DNA from: Candidatus Eiseniibacteriota bacterium
Lineage (GTDB): Bacteria; Eisenbacteria; RBG-16-71-46; CAZAMP01
DNA: 64,000 nucleotides
NCBI GenBank assembly: GCA_965224245.1
Contig: OZ245046.1
Location: 1,696,001 to 1,760,000 of the forward strand
Reading direction: 5' to 3'
Positions within the stretch are counted from its first letter, which is position 1. Each line of letters opens with the position of its first letter. This document shows, in pieces, positions 19,801 to 31,525 of this stretch. Under the pieces are notes generated by a model. The model had not been told where the DNA came from. It saw only the letters and a list, made by a program, of their open reading frames with translations, and made no database searches. The position numbers and the translations under genes are program-made.

Positions 19801-21071
19801 GTGGCGACTCTCGCTCGTCGTGCGTCGATCATCTGCAGGTAGCTCTCGACGCGGTTCTTGATGTTGGCCGCGGAGAAGTACCGCGGATCCACGAGATCCG
19901 ACTCGATGAACGCCCCCGGAACGCCGGCCCGCTTCTCGATCTCGCGCAGCATCAGGAGCTGTCCGGCGGAGAACGAGTTGCACGACTTCACGGAGTTGAT
20001 GACGAAGCCGTCGGCCTCGTACTCCTGGATGTAGCGCACGAGCATGTCGATCCGGCTCGGGAGGTTCAGGTTGGTGTAGCAGCCGCTGCAGTACTCCCCG
20101 AGCGTCCCCAGCGGATCGCCGGGATCGTGGCGGAACCCGAAGTCGTACGTCCCCCCCACCTTCGTGTAGGTGGACGCCACCACGACCGCCTGCTCCTGGG
20201 AGAAGATCCGCCAGAACTCCCGGAAGCTCGTCCAGTTGGGCGGTCCCTCCACGACGAGCCGGTACCGCTCCTCCTCCAGGGGGCCGTCGGGGGTGATCGG
20301 CCCCAGCCCGGCGGCTGCCCGGGCCTCCACTTCCTCGCGCAGCGCCGCGTAGTACTCGACGCCCTCGGGGGTGCCGCGAAACGCGCTGAAGATCGGCCCC
20401 ACGTAGTAGACCGCGCCGAAGTAGGCGTCGATCGGGCTGGGGCGCTTCCTGGCCGACTGGAGGACCGCCACCAGGTCGTCCTCGGAGCGCGCGCTCATCG
20501 CGAGGTACTCGCGCAGACGATCCTCGTCGTACGGGCGCCCCGTCACCTTCTCGAGCGCGGGGATGACCCGGTCGCGCAGCTGCTCGACCATGTAGGCGCG
20601 GTGCTCGGGGGTCTGCGTGCCGTCGCCCTGGTAGGGCACGTGCAGGAAGACCGTCGGACAGTCGTACTCCTCGCGCAGTAGCTCGAACCACTTCATGAAC
20701 GTGTAGCAGCCGGTGTACGACAGGAGCAGGAGATCGGGCTTCGGGAGCCGGCGGCCGGTGGGACCGATGTTGCCTGCCTTGGCCATGCCCACGTCGCACT
20801 TGACGTACGTGCAGACGTCCTCGGAGTGGCCGTCCTTCTCGGCCTCGGCGATGTAGTCCCGGCTCTTGCCCCGCATCCCGGACTGCAGGGCGTTGATCTC
20901 CGGCAGCACGGGCAGTGCGTCGAACGAGCGCACGAGCTCGGTGAGGTTGCCGGGAACGAACGTGTAGACGACCGGCTCGCCCGTCTCGGGGGCCGCCTCC
21001 AGGCGCTCGTAGTGGCGGGCGATCATCTCCTTCTGCAGGACCATCGAGCGGTCCTTCTGCACGTCGGTCAT
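19797..21071 (-). CDS. bcrB: Benzoyl-CoA reductase subunit B
   Basis: [44 protein letters not shown]. Confidence 0.95.
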   Translation of the reverse strand: MTDVQKDRSMVLQKEMIARHYERLEAAPETGEPVVYTFVPGNLTELVRSFDALPVLPEINALQSGMRGKSRDYIAEAEKDGHSEDVCTYVKCDVGMAKAGNIGPTGRRLPKPDLLLLSYTGCYTFMKWFELLREEYDCPTVFLHVPYQGDGTQTPEHRAYMVEQLRDRVIPALEKVTGRPYDEDRLREYLAMSARSEDDLVAVLQSARKRPSPIDAYFGAVYYVGPIFSAFRGTPEGVEYYAALREEVEARAAAGLGPITPDGPLEEERYRLVVEGPPNWTSFREFWRIFSQEQAVVVASTYTKVGGTYDFGFRHDPGDPLGTLGEYCSGCYTNLNLPSRIDMLVRYIQEYEADGFVINSVKSCNSFSAGQLLMLREIEKRAGVPGAFIESDLVDPRYFSAANIKNRVESYLQMIDARRARVAT

Positions 21072-22239
21072 CACTCCCCCCACAGCTTGATCGAGTCGGC
21101 GAACGTTCCCGCCTGCTCGCGGAACTGCTGGAACTGGCCGGAGTTCTCGGCGTACTTGAACGCGATGCACGGGATCTTCTCCGCCTCCGCCCCGGCGCGC
21201 AGCATCGGGCGATCCAGAAGCGCGGGATCGCAGAAGCTCGGCGCGGCGAAGATGATCCCGTCCGCCCCCGCCGCCTTCACCCGCTCGGCCATGAGCCGGC
21301 GCTTGCCCTCCGGGTCGTCCTCGTACACCACCGAGCTCTTCACCGCGTGCTCGAGGTACGCGGTGGCCAGCGCCTCGACGGGATCGCCGTCGGTGCCCAC
21401 ATCCCGCGTGAAGAAGCGATTGCCGATGAGGAAGTCGTCGCCGACGATGTAGCAGCCCGCGCGCTCGATGGTCTTGATGAGCCCCAGCGGCGGCTGCTCG
21501 CAGAACGCGCCCTCGACGAGGACGCGGCTCCGGTCCTTGAGCGGCTGCGGATCGGACTCGACCGCGGCCAGGTACGCACGCATGCGATCGATGAAGAGCT
21601 CCACCGGCACCACCTCGCCCGCCCGCATCAGCACGAAGAGCTCCGCGGTGGGGATCTTCCACGGCGACGTTCTGCGGACCCGGTACAGCTCGGCGATGGT
21701 GGCCCGGGCCGTGTCGTAGACGGCGATGGATCGGCGCAGGTCCTCGTCCGTGGCCGGCCGCCCGGAGATCTCGCCGAGGTCGCGCCGGAGGATCCGGAGC
21801 TCCTCCTGCCAGAACGTGCCCCCCGTGGCACGGTCCAGCACCTGCGGCAGATCCAGGTAGCGCACGTAGAGATCGGGGAACATGATCTGCCACATGCCCG
21901 AGAGGTTGCGGATCACGTCGCAGGTCGACGGAAAGAGCATCGCCGAGAGCATGCGAAGACGGCCCGACTGCGCCAGCTCCACGACCGATCGCGGCAGGTG
22001 GCAGATGTAGGACTGGTAGTATGCATCGCCGCGGATGATCTCGAGCCGGTCTCCGCCCCCGTGAATCCCCACCGGCAGCATGCCGCTGGCGTGGATGAGC
22101 TCCCGGGGCTGGTAGACCGGGAGGTAGCCCACGGCCTTCCGACCCGGGTGCTCCTCGAGCCACTGCACCACCGTCCCGAGATCGAGGTCCTCGTAGATCC
22201 CGGTCGCCCAGTCGACGATCTCGGTCCGCGTCGGTGCGC

Positions 22240-22243
<4 letters not shown>
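21071..22243 (-). CDS. bcrC: Benzoyl-CoA reductase subunit C
   Basis: [50 protein letters not shown]. Confidence 0.95.
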
Positions 22244-23523
<1,280 letters not shown>

Positions 23524-23533
23524 GTCTCACTCC

Positions 23534-25501
<1,968 letters not shown>

Positions 25502-25517
25502 TGCGATCTCCTTCGGC

Positions 25518-26603
25518 TCACGAGCCGCTCGCTCCGTCGGGAACGAGCACGACCCGCTTGGCCAGCTCGCCGCGGTGCGCGGCGTCGAAGGTGGAGTTGA
25601 TCTCGCTCAGCGAGCGTCGCTCGATGAACGGCTTGACGCGGAGACGCCCGTCTGCGATCCACCGGAGGAGCGTCGGATACAGGGTCGGGTCGCTTCCCCA
25701 GACCCCGAACGCGGACGCGTCGAACGCCATGAGGTTGCTGAGGCGCACCTCGAGCCGATCCATCGTGAAGCCCACGATGGCCAGCGTGGCCCCGAACCCG
25801 AGCAAGGAGAACGCCGCCTCCTGCCCGGCCCGGGTGCCGGACGTCTCGTAGATCTTCCAGCCCCAGCTCGGGGCCCCCAGCGCCTCGGCCTCGCTCGCCA
25901 CCCGCTTCCGGAGGTCGCGGCTCGAGAGCTCCCGGGCGTCGATCGCGGCGCGCGCGCCGTGCGCCGACGCGAGCTCGAGCCGTCCCGGGTCGACGTCGAT
26001 TGCCACGACCTTGGCGCCGGTGGCCGCGGCGATCTGGATTCCGTGGATTCCGATGCCGCCGGCGCCCACGAAGACGGCCAGCTCGTCGTCCCCCAGCTCC
26101 GAGCGCACGACCGCCTGGAACGGAGTGGCCATCGCGTCGGAGACCACCGAGAGCTCCCACAGCTCGTGCGTGGCCAGGAGCGCGTCGTCGACCTCACAGA
26201 GATAGCGCGCCGGCACGAGCACGTGGGAGGCATAGCCGCCGTGCCGGTCGTTGCCCGGCATCACCTGCTCGCGGCAGATCCGGAGGTGCCCCGAGCGACA
26301 GCGCTCGCAGCGACCGCAGGGCAGCACCGCGGGCACGACGACGGGCTTGTCGACGAGGCCGGGGTCGGTCTTCTCTCCGACCTCGACGACGGTGCCCGTG
26401 ATCTCGTGCCCCAGAGTCAGCGGGAGATCCGCGCGCGTCTTGACCCCCTGGTAGAGGAACGACACGTCGGTGTGGCAGACCCCACAGCCGGCCACCCGGA
26501 CCAGGGCTTCGCCGGGCGGGACGTCGGGCCACGGCAGCTCGCGCGAGACCATCGGCTCACCGGGAGCCGTCATCACCCACGCCTCGATCGTTCGATCCGT
26601 CAT
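25518..26603 (-). CDS. had: 6-hydroxycyclohex-1-ene-1-carbonyl-CoA dehydrogenase
   Basis: Zn-ADH GVCHTD, GHE, PAVLPCGRCERC, MPGND, RLSNLMAFD; bcr context. Confidence 0.9.
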   Translation of the reverse strand: MTDRTIEAWVMTAPGEPMVSRELPWPDVPPGEALVRVAGCGVCHTDVSFLYQGVKTRADLPLTLGHEITGTVVEVGEKTDPGLVDKPVVVPAVLPCGRCERCRSGHLRICREQVMPGNDRHGGYASHVLVPARYLCEVDDALLATHELWELSVVSDAMATPFQAVVRSELGDDELAVFVGAGGIGIHGIQIAAATGAKVVAIDVDPGRLELASAHGARAAIDARELSSRDLRKRVASEAEALGAPSWGWKIYETSGTRAGQEAAFSLLGFGATLAIVGFTMDRLEVRLSNLMAFDASAFGVWGSDPTLYPTLLRWIADGRLRVKPFIERRSLSEINSTFDAAHRGELAKRVVLVPDGASGS

Positions 26604-28477
26604 GTCTCCGTCCTTTGCTCCGTCCCCGCGGGCGGCGGCGAGGACGTCGGCCTCCCCGTCGCCTCGTGCGTGTCGTCGAACACGAGCGAGCCGCACTCGT
26701 GGCACCGGTCCAGCGTGACGTCCTTGCCGCGGAAGCACCTCCGATCGTCCGGACGCAGACGCATGACCTTTCTCAGGAAACAGCAATCGCACTCGCGCGA
26801 CGGGTCGTAGATCGCCTCGACGTACATCCGGCGGCTCTCGAGGACGTTCTGAACCCGTACCTTCATCGACGGCGTCAGCTCTCCGCTCTCCACAGTGGGC
26901 TCCCGGTCGACCACGGCGAACGCCTGCACGTGCTCGTAGCCGACCTCGTTCGAGTCGTTGAGCCGGGTCACCGCCTCGCGAAACGCCGCGCGCACGACGC
27001 GATCGGCTCTCGCGCGGTCGTCGCCGAACTCCCCCTCGATGAGGAGGTAGTTGGGGAAGATGAGCGCGGCCAGGAAGTCCCGCCCGCTTCCCACCACCAC
27101 CGCGTGCTGGATGTACTTGCACGATCCCACGAGTGCGTTCTCGAGCTTCGTGGGCACGACCTTCTCCGCGTTCAGCATCTTGAACACGCGGTCCTTCCGG
27201 CTGATCAGCCGGAGCCCGTGCTCGCCCAGCGCTCCGAGATCGCCGGTGTGAAACCATCCGTCGCGGAGCGCGGCCGCGGTCGCGTCGGGGTCCCGGTGGT
27301 AGCCGCGCATGACGTTGGGTCCCCGGACGAGGATCTCGCCGTCGCCGGCGATGCGGAGCGTGACCCCGGGGATCGGGCGACCGACCACGCCGGGGACCGC
27401 GCGCGCCTCCTCGGGATCGGTGACCGTGCAGCAGGGAGACGTCTCGGTGAGACCCCACCCCTCGATCACCGGCAGGCCCCGCCGGCCGAAGTACCGGGAG
27501 ATGGTCGCGGGCAGCGGCGCGGCCGCGGTGAAGACGAACCTCAGCCCCTCGTGGAACACCCGCTCCTCGTCCTCGGGATGGGTCTCCACGTGGCTCACGA
27601 GCTGCTGGAAGATCTTCGGAACGCTGAAGTAGACGGTGGGACGGACCTCGCGCCAGTTCGCCAGGAGCACCGGGAGGTCCTTGCCCCGGCTCTCGTCGAT
27701 GACGTAGCGCGCCCCGTTGTAGAGCGCGGTGTACTTCTCGAAGATCCCGCCGAAGCTGTGATGCCAGGGAAGGTACGACAGAAACACGTCGTCGGGCGTC
27801 ACGGACCAGAGCGCGGCCATCGCCCGCTGCTGCGAGAGGATGTTGTCGTGGCTGAGGAGCACGCCCTTCGGCTCGCCGGAGGTTCCGGACGTGTACATGA
27901 GGAGGCAGGGATCGTGTACGTCACCGGTCTCGCCGGCGCGGAAGAGCGCGTCGATCTCGTCGCGGTCCCGCCGGCGAGGCGCGCGGCGGGCGGCCTCGTA
28001 CGTGGAGAGCGCGCCCCGGTACCCCGGAGGCCGCGCCGTCTCCGGAGACCCGGAGTCGAACGCGAGCACGAGCCGGACCGTCTCCGGAAGCGCCATCTCG
28101 CACAGGCGCTCGGCGTCCGGCACGAGCACGGCGAGCGCGCCCGAGTGCTCGATCAGCGCCAGCGCCTGCGCGGGCGAGTAGCCGGCGAAGATGGGCGTGT
28201 ACACCGCGCCGATGCTCATCGTCGCGAGCTCGGCCACGAGCATCTCGGCGCGGTTCGGGCAGAAGACGACGACGCGATCTCGCGGTCCGACGCCGTGCGC
28301 GTGCAGATGGAACCCGAACGCGCGGACGTCCGCCCCCAGCTCGTTCCAGCGGATCCAGCGTCGCCGGCCGTCGCGCTTCTCACCGAGAAGCGGCCGATCC
28401 CCGAACCGCGCGAGGCTCCTTGCCAGGAACGCACCGATGGTCTCGGGCGCTCCGATGGGCTCGCGTGAGGACGTCAT
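26600..28477 (-). CDS. AMP-dependent acyl-CoA synthetase (long-chain type) with Cys-rich tail
   Basis: YTSGTSGEPKG, GWGLTET, FHTGDLG, ELTPSMK. Confidence 0.9.
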   Translation of the reverse strand: MTSSREPIGAPETIGAFLARSLARFGDRPLLGEKRDGRRRWIRWNELGADVRAFGFHLHAHGVGPRDRVVVFCPNRAEMLVAELATMSIGAVYTPIFAGYSPAQALALIEHSGALAVLVPDAERLCEMALPETVRLVLAFDSGSPETARPPGYRGALSTYEAARRAPRRRDRDEIDALFRAGETGDVHDPCLLMYTSGTSGEPKGVLLSHDNILSQQRAMAALWSVTPDDVFLSYLPWHHSFGGIFEKYTALYNGARYVIDESRGKDLPVLLANWREVRPTVYFSVPKIFQQLVSHVETHPEDEERVFHEGLRFVFTAAAPLPATISRYFGRRGLPVIEGWGLTETSPCCTVTDPEEARAVPGVVGRPIPGVTLRIAGDGEILVRGPNVMRGYHRDPDATAAALRDGWFHTGDLGALGEHGLRLISRKDRVFKMLNAEKVVPTKLENALVGSCKYIQHAVVVGSGRDFLAALIFPNYLLIEGEFGDDRARADRVVRAAFREAVTRLNDSNEVGYEHVQAFAVVDREPTVESGELTPSMKVRVQNVLESRRMYVEAIYDPSRECDCCFLRKVMRLRPDDRRCFRGKDVTLDRCHECGSLVFDDTHEATGRPTSSPPPAGTEQRTET

Positions 28478-28563
28478 CGTGGCCGGCCCCCCGTCACCCG
28501 GCGCCCCGTCCGGCGGTCCGGCTCGGCCTCCGAGATCGTCGCGTCGCGTGTGCACGTCGGGAC

Positions 28564-29364
28564 TCACGACGTCACCTCCGAGCGCACGCTCGCGATCGCG
28601 TCGCGCGCGGCCAGCGCGGCGCCGAACGCGCCCATCTCCTGGGGGTGCGGCGGCAAGAGCACCTCGGTCCCGAGCGCCTTCCCCATCAGCTCGACCACGG
28701 TGGGGTGATGCGCCACGACGCCGCCGGTGGCCACCACGCGCGAGTCGAGGACCTCCATCTCCAGCACCCGCGCCACGACCGACTTGTACGCCGCCCGGGC
28801 GAGATCGGCCGGCCACTGCCCGCGGCGGATGGCGGCGAGCAGCTCGGTGCCCGAGAACACCGTGCAGTAGCTGCCGAGCTCGATCTCCTCGCGGTACCCC
28901 GACGCGAACTCGTCCAGCTGCTCGATGGCGATGCCCAGACGCAGCGCCATCTCCTCGAGAAAGCTCCCGGTGCCGGCCGCGCACTTCCGGTTCATGCGGT
29001 GGGAGATCCGGCGTCCGGCCTCGTCGATCCGGATGATCTTCGCGTCCTGCCCGCCGATGTCGACGATGGTCGCCGCGCCGGACACGTAGTGCCTCACACC
29101 GCGGGCGTGGCAGTCGAGCTCGGTGCGGGTCCCACCGGCGGCGCTCACGTTGCCGCGGCCGAACCCGGTGGCCCACACGGCGCTCAGCGCCTCGCGGGCC
29201 ACGCCGGCCTTGGCGAGGGCGGAGTCGAGCGCACGCTCGGCGGCGCCCGAGAGGTCGGCCGCCGAGCGGACCACCGCGGTGCCGAGCACCGCGGCCGCCT
29301 CGTCGAGGACGAGCGCCTTGGTGTTCCACGACCCGCTGTCGATGCCCGCGTAGAGCCTCGCCAT
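28564..29364 (-). CDS. Acyl-CoA dehydratase activase (HgdC/BadF-BadG ATPase family)
   Basis: GIDSGS, ATGFGR, DIGGQDAK, MNRKCAAGTG, SYCTVF. Confidence 0.92.
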   Translation of the reverse strand: MARLYAGIDSGSWNTKALVLDEAAAVLGTAVVRSAADLSGAAERALDSALAKAGVAREALSAVWATGFGRGNVSAAGGTRTELDCHARGVRHYVSGAATIVDIGGQDAKIIRIDEAGRRISHRMNRKCAAGTGSFLEEMALRLGIAIEQLDEFASGYREEIELGSYCTVFSGTELLAAIRRGQWPADLARAAYKSVVARVLEMEVLDSRVVATGGVVAHHPTVVELMGKALGTEVLLPPHPQEMGAFGAALAARDAIASVRSEVTS

Positions 29365-29374
29365 CGCCGCCGTC

Positions 29375-30607
29375 CTATCCCGATCCGGCCGTCTGCTCGG
29401 CCAGCTGCTCGACGAACCCCTCGATGCTCGTGCGCGACTGCTCGGCCGAGTAGCACCGGAGGTCGTTCTGGTCGCCCTCGACGGTCAACACCGACACCCC
29501 CAGGCGCTCCTGCAGCCGGAGCGGCATGCCGTAGCGCGCGTTCGAGTTGTTGGGGCAGGTTCGACTGTCGTGGAAGACGACGCCGTCCGCGCCGAAGTCG
29601 CGGACCATCCGCTCGATGTAGCGTTCCTTGGGACCGTCGCAGCGCGCGATGAAGAGCTCCAGCGAGGCCCGGGCCATCGAGCGAAACGGGTCCGACGGGT
29701 CCAGCGTGTCGAAGATCCAGCTGTTGCAGTACGTGGAGGCCACGACGCACGTGGCGAGCTCGGCGAAGAACTCCGAGTGCTCGCGGAGCTTCCCCCACAT
29801 CGGCATGCCGTCCCAGTAGAGCCGGTACTGCTCGCCCTCGACCGCACCAACTCCGTCGCGAACGCGCGTCTCGAGCTCGGCCAGGAGCGTCTCGTAGTAG
29901 GAGCAGGCCTCGCGTCGCCCCCGGAGCACCACGGCGGGACCCATCTGCGTGGTGCCGTCGAAGAACGTGAAGGGGCTCGGCCGGTGGGTGGCCGTCTCCA
30001 GGCACGCCTTCCAGAGGCGCGTGCACTCCGCCGAGGCACGCATGGCCGTCTCGAGCGCTGGGCTCAGCCGGGTGCCCGCGATGGACTCCAGCGGACTCAC
30101 CAGGGACTCGATCTGCGTCGCCACCGCGTCGACGTGTCCCTCGGTGACGTCGTCGACCATCCGGATGGACGTCACACCGAGGACGGGAACCCCCCACTCT
30201 CGCCCGTAGAACTCGAACCAGTCGCGGACGTCCCGACACTGGTTGGTGTTGAACACCAGGACGTCGGCCCGCGGAACCGCCTCGAGGCCCTGGGCGGCGA
30301 ACGCGCTCTCGCCGCCGAGGTACGCCCCGATGTCGCTCGTCAGATACGAGCAGATCTCCTGCGAGTACCCCTTCGCGTGTGCGCGCGCCATGCAGCGATT
30401 GGCGATGCGCGAGGCCCCGAGCGCGGCCGCGTGGTTCTCCGGGAAGAACACCCGGAAGCCGAGCGCGTAGAGGAGCTCGGCGGGGCCGACGCTCGTACAC
30501 CACGCGACCGGCGCCGAGCCGTCGCGGGCCGCCGTCGCGAGCTCGCCGTAGTAGGCGTTCATCACCCGCCTGAGCTCGGTCGTGCTCTCGAGCGCCTTTC
30601 GCCGCAT
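29375..30607 (-). CDS. 2-hydroxyacyl-CoA dehydratase family subunit (HgdA/FldB-like)
   Basis: PENHAA, ICSY, NQC, RTC: three cluster Cys; VEGD near C-terminus. Confidence 0.9.
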   Translation of the reverse strand: MRRKALESTTELRRVMNAYYGELATAARDGSAPVAWCTSVGPAELLYALGFRVFFPENHAAALGASRIANRCMARAHAKGYSQEICSYLTSDIGAYLGGESAFAAQGLEAVPRADVLVFNTNQCRDVRDWFEFYGREWGVPVLGVTSIRMVDDVTEGHVDAVATQIESLVSPLESIAGTRLSPALETAMRASAECTRLWKACLETATHRPSPFTFFDGTTQMGPAVVLRGRREACSYYETLLAELETRVRDGVGAVEGEQYRLYWDGMPMWGKLREHSEFFAELATCVVASTYCNSWIFDTLDPSDPFRSMARASLELFIARCDGPKERYIERMVRDFGADGVVFHDSRTCPNNSNARYGMPLRLQERLGVSVLTVEGDQNDLRCYSAEQSRTSIEGFVEQLAEQTAGSG

Positions 30608-30617
30608 GCGTCTTCTC

Positions 30618-30697
30618 CCCGATCGCGGGTTCCATCCACGTCGGCCCGATCGCGGGTCCTACCCGCGTCGGCCCGATCGCGGGTTCGTTCGCGTCAG
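30618..30697. repeat. Intergenic tandem repeat, 3 x 27 bp
   Basis: CCCGATCGCGGGT core at 30618, 30645, 30672. Confidence 0.85.
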
Positions 30698-31512
30698 CCG
30701 ACGCCCGTGGACGCCGGGTCCGTCTTCAGCTCCAGTACCCTCAGGGCCGCTCCCAGCGCCCCGGTGATGATCGGCTCGGGCACCACCCGCGGCGACAGCC
30801 CCGTCAGCTCGCCGAGCGCCTTCATGACGCCCGGGAAGTACTCGGCCACGCCGCCCGAGATCACCAGGGGATCGCGGAAGCCGCCGATCTCGAACACGCG
30901 GGCCGCGATGGAGTGCACGCAGCCGAGCGCGATGTCCTCGCGGCTCGCTCCCTCGCGAAGCCGATCCAGCACCTCGGAGTTCGCGAAGACCGAGCAGTAG
31001 CTTCCGATCGCGGCCGGCTCGCGCGCGCTGGAGGCCAGCTCCTCGAGCCGCGTCGGGTGCACGTCGAGATGCCGCGCGGCGAACATCAGGAATGTCCCGA
31101 TGCCCAGTGCGCACTTGCGCACCGCACGGTTCGACACCGCGCGTCCTCGATCGTCGACCTCGATGACGGTGGGGTCGCGGCCGCCGATGTCGACCAGCGT
31201 CATCGGGTGTGAGAAGTGGTGAAAGGCGCCGCGGGCGTGGCAGTTCGACTCCCGGATGACGGTCGTCGCGCCGTCGACGCAGGAGGCCCCGAAGCCCGTG
31301 GCCGCGATCGACGACAGATCCCCGCGCCGGACTCCGGCCTCGTCGAGCGCGGCCGCCAGCGCCTCCTCCGCGCGGTCCTGAAAGTACCGGCGCGTGGGGA
31401 CGACGGCCCGCCCCACGAGCGCGTGGTCGTGGTCCATGACGATCGCCTTGACGCACTCGGTGCCGACATCGAGCCCCGCCACGAACATCGTGTCGCTCTT
31501 CATGGTCATCAC
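30694..31512 (-). CDS. Second, divergent acyl-CoA dehydratase activase
   Basis: GLDVGT, ATGFG, CHARG, DIGGRD, RKCALG, SYCSVF. Confidence 0.9.
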   Translation of the reverse strand: MMTMKSDTMFVAGLDVGTECVKAIVMDHDHALVGRAVVPTRRYFQDRAEEALAAALDEAGVRRGDLSSIAATGFGASCVDGATTVIRESNCHARGAFHHFSHPMTLVDIGGRDPTVIEVDDRGRAVSNRAVRKCALGIGTFLMFAARHLDVHPTRLEELASSAREPAAIGSYCSVFANSEVLDRLREGASREDIALGCVHSIAARVFEIGGFRDPLVISGGVAEYFPGVMKALGELTGLSPRVVPEPIITGALGAALRVLELKTDPASTGVG

Positions 31513-31525
31513 ATCCCCCGGCCGG

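Noticed and set aside
30618-30697. Possible mini-CRISPR (also 42563-42644)
   Set aside because: Period of only 27 bp, no unique spacers, no cas genes.
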